A stretch of DNA of 64,000 nucleotides from Tricharina praecox (Eukaryota), in the NCBI RefSeq assembly GCF_024521635.1, contig NW_026250426.1:62001-126000 (forward strand), in the 5' to 3' direction. Shown here piece after piece: positions 23,901 to 37,611 of the stretch (its first letter is position 1; each line of letters starts with the position of its first letter). The notes beneath the pieces were generated by a model. That model ran no database searches. It was given only the letters and a program-made list of their open reading frames with translations, and was not told the origin of the DNA. The translations under genes were made by a program, and so were the position numbers.

Positions 23901-26900
23901 GTCTAGCACGATTATCCTTGACACGCTTAATTGCGGGGGGTTTACGCGGCAGGGTTTTTCTGGGAGCTTCGGCGACCTTATCCTTGATCTCGGTCTTCGT
24001 GCGAGAACCGAGTTTGAATAGTGCGGTGCCATCGCCATCAGACGAGTCATCATCATCAGAAGAAGAATCCTCTAGTGTTGTAGTTTGCGGTTTGGTTTTG
24101 AGGACAGCGTCTTTCTTCTTCTGCAGCGCCGCCTTCTCCGCCTTCCGTTTCTCCAGGAAGGCTTGCACAGCGGCTGCATCTCGCTTTTTGACGGTTCGCA
24201 TTGGGCCCCCCACCACCTTCGGCACTGCCTTGGGAGCTGGGGCTGGCCGGTGATCGCGTGGTGCCGGCTGGAAGTCAAGTTTCGACTGGGTCTTCTTCAC
24301 GGCAGGGCTCTCCAGAGCCTTTATCATCTCATCATCTGGAATATCAGAGTCGGCATAGTCGTCGTCCGATATTTCTACGATGGGTTTCTCCTTAACTGAT
24401 ATCGAACTCAGCGTTAGCAAAATACGGTGGAATATATTCTTCGAACAAGGCAGCAACTCACCTGGAATGAAATCTGGAGATAGGCGGTTGGCGAACACTG
24501 CTAGCTCTGTCTTTTGGGCCTCCGACAGGTTTGTGTGCGTGGCTCTCGTAGGATCGTAGCCCGGGAACGTCTCGGGGTATAGATACTGCTTGAGGTTCAC
24601 GAAGAACCCATCGTCGGCGACTGGAACATCCTTCTCTGCGAGGAGTCCAAGAATTTTACACATGAGCTTCATCCCCGTTTGCAGGAGATGGTCGTCCTGG
24701 ATACTCAAGATGTGCGTGAAAGGGTTGAGGATCTTTGACGCATCTTGCAGCAGGCGATGGGTCCAGCTGTCCTCTCGTGATTTTTTGATCTCGTCCATGC
24801 TGGCACGGAGGGCCTGCTCGTAGGTCCAGAAGTTGTCAAACAGCGTTTCGGCGTAGTCCATGGCATTCCGCAGAAATTCTATCATTACGGACTTGTCTTC
24901 GCCTAACGCCCATCTACGACACTTCTTGAATATGGCGCCCAGGCATCTCCATTGCGTGTCCCAATGAACCCTCAGAATCGACCGTTGCCACGTCTCCAGG
25001 TCCGTTCTAAGTATTCCTTCGGTGCGGTCGCACAAGAGCTCAAGTACAGTTATGCCAATTTTGGTCCATCTGGGCATCAGGCCAAAGAGATTAAGTTTGG
25101 CCTGTTGGCGGGATATGGAACTCAAAGAAAGAATTGGAACCGAAAAGTCCTTGTAAAACATCAGTCGCAGACAATCAGCTTTATCCTCCGCCTTGGTTCC
25201 GAGAAGAAGGATGTCTTCCGCCGACATCGCCACGTCTTCGGTGCGATACATCATCAGGCACAGCAACGTCTCGAACGAGCGTTGCTGACTGAGAACGCTG
25301 TCCAGAGTGTCGAAGGAACACCTGCTCATGCTGCTGAGGATCCTGGCGAGCGGTGCGTCGAAAGCGGACAGGCGGGTATTAAAAGCCTGCATTTCCGTCT
25401 CAAGGCCTTTTTCCTTTGGAGAGATATAGAGCCGGTCAATCTCAGTAAGACCCCGAACAGCCTCCAGTAGATTTACACAAAATTCATCGTCATTAAGCGG
25501 GAATTCCGTTGCTACCAAGTCCCACAGATCGGCTCGTAAGTCCATTCCATACGTCGGCTTGGTGGGGTGCTTCCCGCTCAGGCAGTGGTGGTCCGCTTGA
25601 AGGAACCGCACATCCAGTTTGAGAGCGGAGATGACCGTTTCCTGGGCGGCGCGTTGGGCAATGAGCATATGCTCCTCCATGAGCGGGTCTTCGAACGACT
25701 CCGACGAGAAGGCCACATCCGTCACCAGCCGCTGATACTCCATGAAAAGATCGTTTGCCTGCCGCACAATCACTTCATGGCTCGATGTGACTTCCGACTC
25801 GACAGCTTTCAAAGTAGCATTGAGCACCTTCATTCCCTCTTTGAAGCACATCCCCCTACTGAGTGCTGGTAAATCAGTCCTGAAAAGCTGCCGAAGTAGT
25901 GATGGAGCGGTCGTTGGCCTGAGTAGCGGCTCAACAGAGTTGATGTACTCAGACATCCACTCGGTCAGGTCCAACAGCTGGGAAACACCCTCGACATTCT
26001 GCTTCACCGAGCGAAGAAGCTGCCCGAACAACTTGTCGTGGAAAATGATATCTCCAAACGCTGAAGCCGTGAGTGGTGAGATCACCTCCCAAACGCTCAG
26101 TCGAAGTTTTAACATCAGCGCCTGGAAAAGTCGTAGTATAGCAGGCCAAAACGGAGTGTTCGGCTGTATTCGATGCACTGCCAGCTTGATGGGGTCCTTT
26201 TCTGCACCTGATATACATTTCAGAACAACCTCCTTTGAAACGCTACCGACGATCTTGGCGATTCCTCTGAAGAAACGAGACAGTTTTATTGGATTCGTCT
26301 CGGCGTAGGCTGTACGGGTGGCAGACTCGAGAGTCATCGAAAGGGTATTTTCGAAGACTGAGGTGGTGATCGATGCTCCTATATTTCTCCAAGACCTCTC
26401 GGCCACAGACCGCAAGTCATCATCTTCCTCGAACAGGAATGTGACGAGAGCTTCGGCGGGTCCCGATATCTCGACGACACTACACAGTCGCTTCAATGCC
26501 TTCCGAAGCTCGACGTCACGCAGCATGGTAGGCTCGCAGAAACATTCGTGGATCGCATTGAAGCGGCGTGGGTCCTTCTGTAATGTCTCCAACCAGGCTT
26601 CGGCCGAGTCGGCGCTGTCCAGATCGCGGACGCATTCGGTGACGACCGGCGTGACTCGTTCGATGTCCCAGTCCTCGAGGAAAGTGAAGAACATGTCGAG
26701 GTTTTCTTTGCCATGTAGTCTGTACAAATCAGTGTCTGCAGCGCCACGCAGCGGAACGGGACCAACAACGGTAGTAGCTTCTGGTAGAATAGACGCTTTG
26801 CGGGGTAGAACGACTCGACACACTTCGGACACCGGGCAAGTTGGTCTGCTATCCGTGCCTTGAGCCACTCTTGGTTGTCTTCCTGATCGCTGAAGGAAAG

Positions 26901-27158
26901 CAGCATTATTGCGTGCATGGTCGAGTCCACCCGCGAAGCTTCGTCCTCGTCCGGTATGATCATCCGTCCGTTCGCGCCGAGTTCCACCTTGTTGCACAGC
27001 CAGTGAACCTCATCGTCGAGGGTGGCCAAGATCCTACACGCACAACCAAGACATCAGCAACCGACCTCCTCCCCTACAAAACGAAACAACCGGACCAGCG
27101 ACCCGACAACTTACTGTAGCCCCTTCTGCACCTCGTCTGCTACGTTGCTGTCGCCCAT
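20787..27158 (-). CDS. SEN1: Sen1 / senataxin-like superfamily 1 RNA-DNA helicase, multi-exon
   Basis: SEN1 N-terminal domain (VHWLC...LARCPKCVESFY), LIQG|PPGTGKTKT, VLVCAPSNAAVDE, IIDEAAQ, LVGDPQQL, LLSIQYRMHP, NTVDAFQGRE, RRMNVGLTR. Start MGDSNVAD at 27158; last exon APPPAAAPAP...PRPSN*. Confidence 0.96.
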
Positions 27159-28605
27159 GGTGGATCGTTCCTCCCTCTCGTCGGAAGGTCTAGATGAGTG
27201 TGTATTGCCCCCCAAGGTTTTCAGCTGACGTCGACGCGGTGGTAGTGGTGGAGGTGGGGTTTTTTGCGGCTCGGTGATGAGATTATTGACAGTGCGGGTC
27301 GAGTAGAGAGTGCCTTTTCAGTTGAGGGGGGCTACGTGGAGGTACGGTGCAGGGGACGGAGACGGCAGAGCACCAAAATGGTACCCAGAGCAGAGTGGGT
27401 AGTGGCTACAGTTACAAAGACTGAACCGTAAAAAGAGAGATGAAGAGAGAGAACGTGGTTTTGGGTTCACCGTCAAACGGCACTACGCAGGACATACGGG
27501 GGCGCGTTCGCGTCACGGCGCTTAGCTGCATGTGAGTAGATGTCTGTAGCTTACTCACGTGATATGGAATTCAGTCACACAGCTGGGGCCGTGGATGACG
27601 GATCGAGAGGAAGCTGCGATGTACCTATCATAGACTCCAGGGTACGTTGCAGGTGGAGGAAGGGAGCTCGGCGGACAACTTCAACAGTTCGACTTGGAAG
27701 CATGCAAAGTGCAATCGCAATTGCAAACTCTCTTCGTCGTTGCACAAGCGCTCCATTCGATAAACAGTATTTCAGTTGGCGTGGGTCGGAGATATCGCGC
27801 TAGTCATTCGTCCTCAAAACACGCCATATCACGATGCGATCATGGTATCATCACAAGGCGACGGAGATAATTTTTGCACACAGCCAACCAGTACTATCAT
27901 CATAGGTAGTACCCCTCCTTCCACGGTGTTGCCCCCCACATATCTGCGAATACCGCAAGGACCTCCGGGCTACGAGCCGTCACGCAAGGCAGCCCGGAGC
28001 AGGGCGTAGCGATTGCAGCACGCGTCGATCATGCCGTAGTCACATAGTGCATATACTCGGGTGAGTCAAACACCAGTGGCTGAAGAGCATGAGAGCCGAC
28101 TCGTCGTGACACGGTTCCGCGTAGGTACGTAGATGTTTGCATTCGTGGTCGAGACTTAACTACCGGACCGGTAGGGGGGGTGTCGTTTGTTTTGTTGGAC
28201 TTTGCAGGCGTCGGGTCGACGGCCCTCCGGACGAACAGCTGGATCTGAGTCGAAGCCTCGGGACGTGGAGGTCCTCGCTGCGATCTGCATTGTAGGCTCG
28301 GAGAGTGGGGGAGGAATAGTTACAGCGCAACGGAAAGTGCCTACTGATTCCTGAAGTGATTGCGCAAGTGCAAAAAGATCATCCCCGCCGCCGCGAGATA
28401 TATCGCGGGTCGGGAAGGCCATCGGTCAAGCCCTTGGCAGAGCGTTGGACTAGGGGGAATGCACTGCATCTGGCTAGAGGAGATCTCCGCACAATTTCGT
28501 GAAGAAGCCGTGATTCCTTTTGGCGTCGCGATCAAGTGCCGCTGCTGAAGTCCAGCAGGAGGCACGACGTCGGTTTGCCTCTGTATATGCACTTTGGGAC
28601 GGACA

Positions 28606-28695
28606 GGCATGCTTATGGAGATGTCAGCATATCGTGAACCAGACATGCTTACGTTATGGAGATGTCAACGAACCTAGGTATCGTGAACCAGGCAT
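28606..28695. repeat. Short degenerate direct repeat (~35-45 bp unit)
   Basis: TTATGGAGATGTCA and TATCGTGAACCAG each occur twice. Confidence 0.7.
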
Positions 28696-30780
28696 TTCTC
28701 CGCCACACGGACCATCAGAGCCTCGTACGATTCCTTGCTGATATATACACATTCATCCCTAAATAGGTAGGAGGGCTGAAACTGCTTGCCGAGTAATGAA
28801 GGAGGGACATGTAATCCTACGATGCGAATGTTGTTTGGCATTGGAATCTGGATATAGTTACTGGATATCTACTTACTTATGCAGGGCATCTTCCTCTCAG
28901 CTGCAGTACCGGACGGAGTGTAGATTCTTGCCCGGTACAGCTATCGCGTGTCCCCTAAAGCCGCACTTCGATTGGGGATCCAGCTGATGGTCGTGATCTC
29001 CGCTCCGACCACGTAACTACCTTAGGTTACGGTCCAGAGGCGTATTCTGGTGGCTGTCGGCATCGGCGTCACGGACTTGTCCGACTGATTCCTACCGGTG
29101 ATGGAGTGTACTTGTCCGACTAATTCCTGCCGGTGATGGTGTTTTGTCTCGTGAAGACTCGGCATCGCAGCCATGAAGTTGTCCAACTGGTTCTGCCGGG
29201 AATGCAGTCTTCTCTCGTGAATACTCGCTACCTGCTAGCAGTCGACGGTCATCCCTCAGTGAGACAAACAACGGGAATTCATGTCGAACTGCGGTTTTCC
29301 TCATGATCAGCAGCCCTCATCCGGAAAGGAGAACTCGGGCCATGCAGCTAGAGTAGCCTGAGTCCTGACACCGACACCTTATAGGTAGGTATCAATCGGC
29401 TGCTTGCCAACTCTAAAACACGCAGAAGTTGGTGCTCACCTCCATCGCCATCTAACCAACACCAACCAACACCTCTCTCCTCTCGATATGCCTCGACCTC
29501 CAGAGTCCAGACTGACGCTGCCGTGCTGGTCTCAGCATCTCCGCCGACCCGCAGGGACGGCGATGCCAGATGCATACAGAGCAGTAGTAGAGTCCTCCGA
29601 AAAGGCCCGCAATAGCACACACTTCGTACATTACTACGGCATCCGGCGCAACGAGCGTGTGTTCAGACGTGCCACGCCCAAGATCCAGATTGCCAGGTTC
29701 TGCGCTGCGCACGGACACCACTGGGGTGCATCTGGTTAGGCGATGCCGACAAGAGCCTTGAAGTTGCAAAGCCTCCGAGGTCCCTTTTCTAACAGACCCG
29801 TGGCCGCCATTGGCTCCTGTCCGAAGGGATCCACATCCGTTCCTCCCTACTCGAGCCTGCGCGGAGCAACCATCGGTGTCCCTGAAGGCTTCCATGGTTA
29901 CTGACCGTCCTATGGGCTTCGCAACATAACTAAACTGCTTCACCTTCCTCTGATGGCATCTGAATTTCGCCATCATCTCGCCATCCACGTCCCTGGAGCG
30001 GCCTCCTCCAAAACCATCGCAACGCTCATTACTGCCACCGCGGCCATCTATCCACCCATCGCCCCCTCTGCGCCTTCGCTCGCTGTCAGCACGAACAGCT
30101 GCTCTAGCTCTGCCCCGCCCCCTCGCGTCGCGTTGTAGGAGACCTTAGCAGCCCTCAGTCGCCCCATATCCCCTCCCCCCGGACCCCCCATTCCGCCTCC
30201 GATCTCCCGACCCCTTGCCTCCTGTTCTTCCTCCTCATCCTCCTCCACCTTCTCCGGTGGCGTCAGGTGCCCGACTCCTTGAGCCCTACAGTGGACGCAT
30301 TTCAAATCACGACATTCGTCGGTCGGTGGCTTCCACTGCCTGTTCGCGGCGTTGCACATCGCTTACGTTGAAATCCGCTTCCCGGGAAGCGTTCGCGGAA
30401 ACGGTGCACAAGAGCTTGTTCCCAGCTCCCTCTTCCGTCCAAAAAAAGCCACACCCATACTCGCCTCTTGGAGGAAACTGAGGGGGGCCTCTGGTAGTGT
30501 ATTCCAATCGTATCTTGCGTGCAGTTCATCCGAGTGGCGCTGCATCGCCCATATCTCTCGTCCATTCTCAACCCCCTTCAACAGTCGCGCAAAAAAACAC
30601 TTCTGCAAACGATTGCATACAACGGCGCATATCACTTGGCACATTCTTGTATGATTTCATTCTGCTGCATGCGTGGCCACTGGCCACCCCGTCCTACCTA
30701 TAATAGGGCCATGACTGACTGACCCGTGTACAGTGATCCCTCCGGTCCCCCTTGTCCGAGAACCGTTCACCCGGTACACC

Positions 30781-32559
30781 ATGTATCCCTCTCCAAACTT
30801 CCCACAACACAGCTACTTGAGCAACGGCCTTATGGACGCGATTGACTTGCCCAACAACCACCTGCGACCAGATAATGGCATGTATTCGAGGTCACGCGCC
30901 CATGCAGCCCACTCACGCTCCGAGAGCTCCCTACACAACAGCGATATGTATATGGCGACCGACACCCAGGACCTCGCTGAGTTCTTGAGAACTTCAAGTC
31001 CCCAGGACTTTAGGAAGTTTCTGAAAAGGAGTCCTTCCGACGACCAGCTATTTTCTCTCGGCGGCAAGTCTCGCAGGGGCTTTAGCTTCTTGCGCCCGTC
31101 AGCGTCGAAAACCAAGCTCAAGTCGCCAGTCTTACCCACCACCGTCCTTGCTAAAAAGACCTCGTGGGGAAAGCCCTATCTTCAGATACAGATCGATTAC
31201 GACGGAGCGCACGACCAGGCAGAGCCACGGACTACTCTGCCGGATAGGACCAGCACTAGCGGAATGTCCGATTTTACCGCCGATTTTGGATTCGGTGAGA
31301 GCCTGATGGCTCCGAGCACAATCATCAGTCCGCCCCCATCCACTATGGGCGACGCGGAAAGACCCACCCTAAGCCATGCGCGGTGGGCTTCTACGACCTC
31401 GGCGAAAACACTCGACTCGGAGACCGTGGATATATATCGGAAATACCTCAATTCCCAGAGCTGCAACGCCGACTTTGACCTCCATCCCAATAGAGAAACG
31501 AATCATGCGCCAGCCCCAACCGAAGCGGCCGGTGGTAATAACGATCGGTTAAAACCTACCGCATATCAGAAGACTCCGTCGTCAGAGGCTGTACCCAGAC
31601 GTCGCAGCGATTCGTATTGCTATCTCTCGAGCCCGCAGAACAAGGCGCCCATCAAGGTCCGGAAACGGTCATCCAGTTTACGGCGAACATCGAGAGGATC
31701 CTCGCGGTCATCGGTGTACTCGGCAACGGGCGACGAGTTGCTGGATGCCGATGGCAACGTCATTCATCCGCACCGTAAAGCGTCCAAAAGGGCACCCCCG
31801 CGGCCTGGCCCTCCTCCTGCACGAGGCCTGCCGGCTCTTCCGGAAAGCCGCGGCTCGATCGTGAATGCTACTACGCCCAGGTCGTTTGTCTCGGCAACGG
31901 CAACGGCATCGTTGAGGGGAAGCAGCATCTACAACCACCGTTTACCAGGAGAGGATTTCGACAGACTTCAGCACGACGGCATGACCCGCGAACAGAAGGT
32001 CAGGGCTAAGAAAGCCAGGGATATGCAACAAGTGAAATTACGTCGCCAGATAGTCGTCGACCAGGAAAGTGTCTACACCCTCGGCAGCGACAGAACCAAT
32101 ACCCCGCCACATGAAGCGCCTCAGCCGTTACCAACCCCGTCACCCAAAAACAAATCGGCACCTTTCAAAGCACCGGTACCGCTAGAGAACAGCCAATCCC
32201 TCAAGGGATGGGTAGCCAGAGTACCAACCCCTCCGAATTCCCCGCCGAAGCCCCCTCGAAAGTCACCTACGCCATCGACAGCAGGATCGAAACCATTACC
32301 TCCTCCTCCTCCGTCCACCAGAGGCAGCTACAAGACCGAGGAAGAGATGCAACTCCGAATTGAAGCCGTGGAAAGAAAGAACAGAATGCTGGAGAAGGCG
32401 TTGATTGCTGTCATCCGTGGCACCGTTGGCAATGACCAGAGACAAACGGAGCTCCAGAGAGCGAACTCCCTCGAGGAGATATTGCGGCAGCTGCGAATGG
32501 TCGACCCCAATTCGGCGGCGGGCACTCCTACAGCTGTAGTGTCCACTAAGAGCACATAG
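30781..32559 (+). CDS. Hypothetical low-complexity Ser/Pro-rich protein with a C-terminal coiled coil
   Basis: Uninterrupted ORF of about 590 aa with motif-like islands DLAEFLRTSSP, KKTSWGKPYLQIQID, REQKVRAKKARD and RIEAVERKNRMLEKALIAV, of a kind seen in Pezizomycotina hypothetical proteins. Confidence 0.8.
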   Translation: MYPSPNFPQHSYLSNGLMDAIDLPNNHLRPDNGMYSRSRAHAAHSRSESSLHNSDMYMATDTQDLAEFLRTSSPQDFRKFLKRSPSDDQLFSLGGKSRRGFSFLRPSASKTKLKSPVLPTTVLAKKTSWGKPYLQIQIDYDGAHDQAEPRTTLPDRTSTSGMSDFTADFGFGESLMAPSTIISPPPSTMGDAERPTLSHARWASTTSAKTLDSETVDIYRKYLNSQSCNADFDLHPNRETNHAPAPTEAAGGNNDRLKPTAYQKTPSSEAVPRRRSDSYCYLSSPQNKAPIKVRKRSSSLRRTSRGSSRSSVYSATGDELLDADGNVIHPHRKASKRAPPRPGPPPARGLPALPESRGSIVNATTPRSFVSATATASLRGSSIYNHRLPGEDFDRLQHDGMTREQKVRAKKARDMQQVKLRRQIVVDQESVYTLGSDRTNTPPHEAPQPLPTPSPKNKSAPFKAPVPLENSQSLKGWVARVPTPPNSPPKPPRKSPTPSTAGSKPLPPPPPSTRGSYKTEEEMQLRIEAVERKNRMLEKALIAVIRGTVGNDQRQTELQRANSLEEILRQLRMVDPNSAAGTPTAVVSTKST

Positions 32560-33464
32560 CACTCACCCCAACATTTCTGTCTGATGATTCACGGCTACTA
32601 CTATCATTTCATACTTATTTCATTCTTGTTTGTGTTTTAGTACCATTGATACCTTTCTTTTTTTTCCTTGGGTTTCTCCTTTCTATTGTTGAAGTTACAG
32701 ATACCAGTTTGCCTTACTTACTTTCTTTTTCCTTGGTTCTGGGGTTTCCTAAATGTGTTCACGTTACGGGTGGCGACTTCTCTTCGTGTATTATCGGGAC
32801 TACTGGGTTAGTTCCTTGGTTGTTTACTTCGATTTTTTCGTTAATAGGGAGGCGGCGGAAGGCTGAGGAGTTTTATTTTGGGTGTGGATTCTGTCTGTAT
32901 TGATGTACCAAGTATTGTACTGTATGGCGAGCGAGAAAGGAAGATGCTGTTCTTTTTTTTTTTTGTGGGGGTGGTGGGGATGGAATTTCGGAGCGCTGCT
33001 TGTTCTGTTCTGTTCGAGATGCGGCAGAATGCAATAACGTGCCTATAGACATAGCAGCGGGTCTCTCTTGTTTCAGTTTCAGCACTCGGTACGGTATGAT
33101 ACCTGATACATAGAATGTTCTCACACTTGTCCTCTGCTGCAACAATGTGAATGCCATACCGGTACCGGGCCCCGTGACATCTAAATCCGAAACACTTGCT
33201 CATTCTTCGTTTCGTTCGGGTGCTGGCGGTAGGCGGGAAGGCAAGGGAAGTAAAGTAAAGTAAAGTTCTTGGCAGGCATGCAGGAACTCAAGACCCGACC
33301 CTACACACCCAACACACCTTAATTCAACTTCAACGTCAACCAACAGACGAACACACGAACGCGCGACTCATACAACCCTTTGAACGACCACCACCACCAC
33401 CGAGTCACCACACTACCCCGCACCACCTCCGCCACCCCGCATCTCCCCCCATCCACTAAGAACC

Positions 33465-34043
33465 ATGTCGTACGTCCCCGTCCCCTGCGCCCCACCTTGC
33501 CCCACCCCACTAACCCCCCGCGCCGCCTCCAGGACCGACGCGCTCCTCCTAGACAGCACCTTCCGGATCACCTCCGTAAACTCTCAAAAATACGACCGCG
33601 TCTGTCGCATAACCGGAATCCGCGAAGACCTCAAGTTCACATTGGACATCAACAGCGAGATCTACCCCATATCCGTTGACGAGACTATTCAGCTGAGCAT
33701 CGCGTCGACCCTGAACCTTGACGGCACGATCGTTAGCAAAGAAAGCGAGGCCGCGAAGGGAGGCTGGAGAGATGCACCCAGAAACGCGGAGGCGAGTCTT
33801 GCCGATCAGTATGATTACGTCTGCTACGGGAAGATGTATAGGTTCGAGGAGGGGGCGGGGGATTTGATGTAAGTGATTGTCATACTGGGTGGGCGGGGGG
33901 GAGGGGGAGAGCGGGGCTAATAGGGGGTCGTGAACAGAAAGGTCTACGCTAGCTTCGGGGGCCTGCTGCTTTTCATCGAGGGCCCGCACAAGAGGTTGAG
34001 CTCGTTCAAGCACGAGCACATTTACCTCTTGATGAAGAAATAG
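33465..34043 (+). CDS. RPB8: RNA polymerases I/II/III shared subunit RPABC3, 3 exons (first exon 5 coding nt)
   Basis: KYDRVCRI, FTLDINSEIYP, SLADQYDYVCYGKMYRFEE, VYASFGGLLL; introns 33470-33532 and 33869-33937. Confidence 0.97.
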
Positions 34044-34959
34044 ACGATGAGACGACACGACGACTAGACGGGGCAGTGGGGGCAGGGCAGTGGGAACGGG
34101 CACGGGAACGGGGCATTTTCGGGCGCAACAAAAGTCAATGATAATGGAATTGTATCGCTGGGTTGGATGCTGGGATTTCGCTTTGACGTGACGAAACTGG
34201 AGCTTTACGATTTCTTTTTCTTCCAAGTAGACTGTAGACACGCCCAGTATCCACCACTCACCCTCCACCACTACCCGTGGCGTGATCACGATCCCTCTCC
34301 TTACAATACTCCGTACCTCTTTGTGCCAGGATATAGTAGAGTACTGGCCGGTCAGCAGTCTGCGCGACTGTCGACACGGTGGCCGAGTGACCGAGTGACC
34401 GCTGTGCGAATCATCGACATCGCCGGCGGATCCATCATCCACGTGGCAATAGATTATAGGACTGCGCAGGTACATAGCCCTTCTTCCTGCTTCAGAGTAG
34501 ACACGACGGGAAGGAAGTGTAGCGGCATTTAACCATCCAGAGAAGTAGCCATCTGGAGAAGTGGGAGAGTGGGAGAGTGGGGAAGACGGTATGGCTAGGT
34601 ATGGTACACACAAAGACTACTTCCGTGTTCATCGATACCGACCTGGAGTACCGGAGTCATTTCGACAATATCTACCAGTAGCCGTTTACCTTGATAACCA
34701 AGTATCCCCGAGACTTGAGAATCAGAATCCCAGAAACCCCCTGGCAAGAGTCGAAGCTTGAAGTCCTGACCCCAAGAAATCCTGTCCTCCCACTCCCCTA
34801 GTTCCCGCACTCCCAACCCCAACAGAACCCATCACTTATCACATATCCAAAACGGACTGGCCATAGTTTAGAAGCTGTGTTTATTGTTTATTCGGACGTT
34901 TATCTGTCCAAGAAGTACTTAGGAATGCTCATCATCCGGGTACTCTAATCCTGCCAATC

Positions 34960-35245
34960 CTAAAACCCCGAACCCAAAAAGAAAATACACAACACAATCC
35001 ACAATCCAAAACGAAACCTCCCAACAATATGTATAATCGAAAGAAACAAGGAATCCAAAAGCCAAAAGCCAAAAACCAAACAGAAACAGAAGGAATCCAA
35101 AGCCGATAAGACAAAATAAGGAATAAAAAGGAATCCAAAACCGAAAAGAAACAATAGGAATCCAAAACCAAAAAACCTGCGAAAGCAAAGCCCGAAAACC
35201 GCAACAAAACCAACTCCAAAACAAAGAAAAGAAAAGAAAAAAATG
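34960..35245. repeat. A-rich low-complexity tract with recurring GGAATCCAAAA units downstream of nimA
   Basis: gaatccaaaa appears repeatedly among AAAAC/AAAAG runs. Confidence 0.75.
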
Positions 35246-35469
35246 ATGAGGTAGTAACGTAGTGATACACCGAACTCCCATGAAGTCATGATGTGGGTAT
35301 GCATGTATGTATGACTGGTGGTGTAATGAATAGGTACAAGAATGTCAGCAATGGGTAGGATAAGTAAAGCCAAGCAAAGCCAAAAAGAGAGAGAAGAAAA
35401 AAAGGATATGGGGTATGTATGAGGTTGAGACGAATGTGCGTAGAGAACTTCTACAAGCAAGAAGGACGA

Positions 35470-37611
35470 CTATGATCTCATTCTCCTAGTATTTACTTTC
35501 CGGAACGGACTCGGCGCGTCCTCCGAGCTGGGGTCCCACTTGGGCGCTGGTGCCAGGCGTCTCGACTTTCCGATCTCGATGATGCTCCTCCCTCTGGCTT
35601 CGCCCGCTGTCCCTTCAGAACTGCCGGCTCTACTGCCGCTGCCATTTGAATCCCTCCTGTTCGAAGGCAACTGTCCGGTCGTTTCTGCCCGTTGGATACC
35701 CCGGCGGGAAGAAGCAGCCCGGGAAGGCGAACCAGTCGATGCTATTGCCGGGCGTCTGAGTTGTGTGAAGCCACCGGTGGGTTCGAGTCGTGGAGGATTG
35801 TCGAGCATTTGAGCGGCGGAGGATGCGCGGCTTTGAGTGGGCGATGTTAGCACGTTTGCCGTACTACCCGGTCTCGTTCTCGGCTCGCTATCGGGCAACA
35901 TCTGGCCGAACTTTGGGGGTTCTCCGGACATGTGGTAGTGGCGACGGTTTCCAGGGGTGTTCCAAGCGGAAGGGGACGCCATCGTGACATCTGCGGGGGA
36001 GTCGGGCATCAAAATAGGTGCCCGGCGGTGGTTTTGCGGTGGGGAATCATGTTGGTTCGAAAAGATGGATGACGACCCAGACGAATCTGCCGAGGTGGTG
36101 GTGGGTGGAGAATACGACTCCCGTTGACTTCGTGGTACAAGATCATATTCCCGAATCTTCCTCTGTAACTCGATGTTGAGCCGGGCCTCCAATTCCACCT
36201 GAAGGCGGGCCTCCAATTCCACCTGAAGGCGGGCGTCATACTCGGACTGCAGTCTGGCCTCTTCAATTTCAACATGCCGCTTGATCTCATTGGCTGCCAG
36301 AACCTCCCACTGCGCCCGCAGCGAAGCATCGATTTCCTCCCACATTTGATGCTCGCGGTGCACCAGGGCTTCCCGCATATCCTCCACATCCTTTTGTAGC
36401 TGCGATTCCCTTTGCTGGATAGAATCCTCTCTCGCTTGTAGTTGCTCCTCGATACTCTTCAACTCCCGCCGAATGAGAACCAATTCCCTCTCTTTCCGCA
36501 TGACCCTGAAAATTTCCATGTCGAGAAGTTCGTTCGTGTCCGGCCTCTTTCGAGGATCCACCTGAAGACACAGATCGATAACGTTCTTCAAGGTTGAAGA
36601 ATAGCTCTTTGGTATAGGTGTGTACTGTCCATTTTTGATTCTGTCGCATAGGGAATAAATATTCCTACCGTCGAACGGCGGCGCAAGGGAACAGAGCTCA
36701 TAGATGATGCAACCGAGCGACCATATGTCCGACTTATGCGTGTAAGGCTGCTCGCTAACCAGCTCCGGTGACATGTAGTAGGGTGTACCGACGTACGTGT
36801 TCGCTAGCTGTTGTTCTGGGGCCATCATCTTTGAAAGGCCAAAGTCGCCCAACTTGACATCTCCACCCTCTCCTAGGAAAACTGCAAGAACATATTAGTG
36901 GCCCGTCTTCGCAAGAGCACATCAAGGAGCCATACTGTTCCCAGGCTTCAAATCGCGATGTAATATCTTGAGAGCCCGCCTGTCCGATGGAACCGGGGCA
37001 TGCGGGGCATTGTTGCTTACGGTTCCGAGTTCGGGTGGATTGACCCCGTTGTGACACCGATAAAGCGCAAGGACAATCTGTGTAAACCAAGTCCAAATAA
37101 TCGGTTCGGGTAGTAGCGTTGATTCGCGGCGACACTGCTTGATGGTGTGTCCAAGATCGCCATTCCCGCAGTACTCCATATACCTGCCGCACACAAACCG
37201 TCAGCCCTGTCCTCCGCGCTCCCCTATCCCCCTTCCACCAACAGTATACTTACAGGTTTAGTGTGGCGTTGACTTTATCATGCTCCCGATCAAAGTACTC
37301 GACGACATTCGGATGTTTCACTTGGGAAAGGATCCCACACTCCGCCGTCAATTGCTGTCTGTCTTTGTCCTTCATGTCGCCGTAGAAGACGGTTTTCCGG
37401 ACGAGTATCTATGAGGCATATTAGTATGCGAAACCAACCGCGATCGTGAGGGGCGTCCGTACTTTTCCATCGCGCTTCCGGCGCACCCTGTGGACCAAGC
37501 CGAATGATCCACGTCCTGGTTCTTTGGGTTAGCGCGCTGCCCAGTGCGATTGGGAAGAGTAGCAGCAATACCTATGACTTCGAGGACATCAAATTGCTCG
37601 GCGAGCGACAT
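35470..37611 (-). CDS. nimA: G2-specific NIMA/Nek serine/threonine kinase, multi-exon
   Basis: FDVLEVIG|RGSFGLV, YMEYCGNGDL, FTQIVLALYRCHNG (NimA insert), ILHRDLKPGN, KLGDFGLSK, TYVGTPYYMSPE, SDIWSLGC, coiled coil, C-terminal W.P....PSPF. Confidence 0.93.

Noticed and set aside
1557..34043. Apparent cluster of RNA-processing genes (LEA1, ELP4, NTase, Pof8-like, SEN1, RPB8)
   Set aside because: They are interspersed with unrelated housekeeping genes and share no evident motif; coincidence in a gene-dense block is sufficient.
33549..34613. 354-aa minus-strand ORF
   Set aside because: It is antisense to RPB8 and its introns, and has no recognisable motif.
34919..35460. Phe-rich hydrophobic ORFs on the minus strand
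   Set aside because: They are artefacts of a T-rich low-complexity tract in the nimA 3' region.
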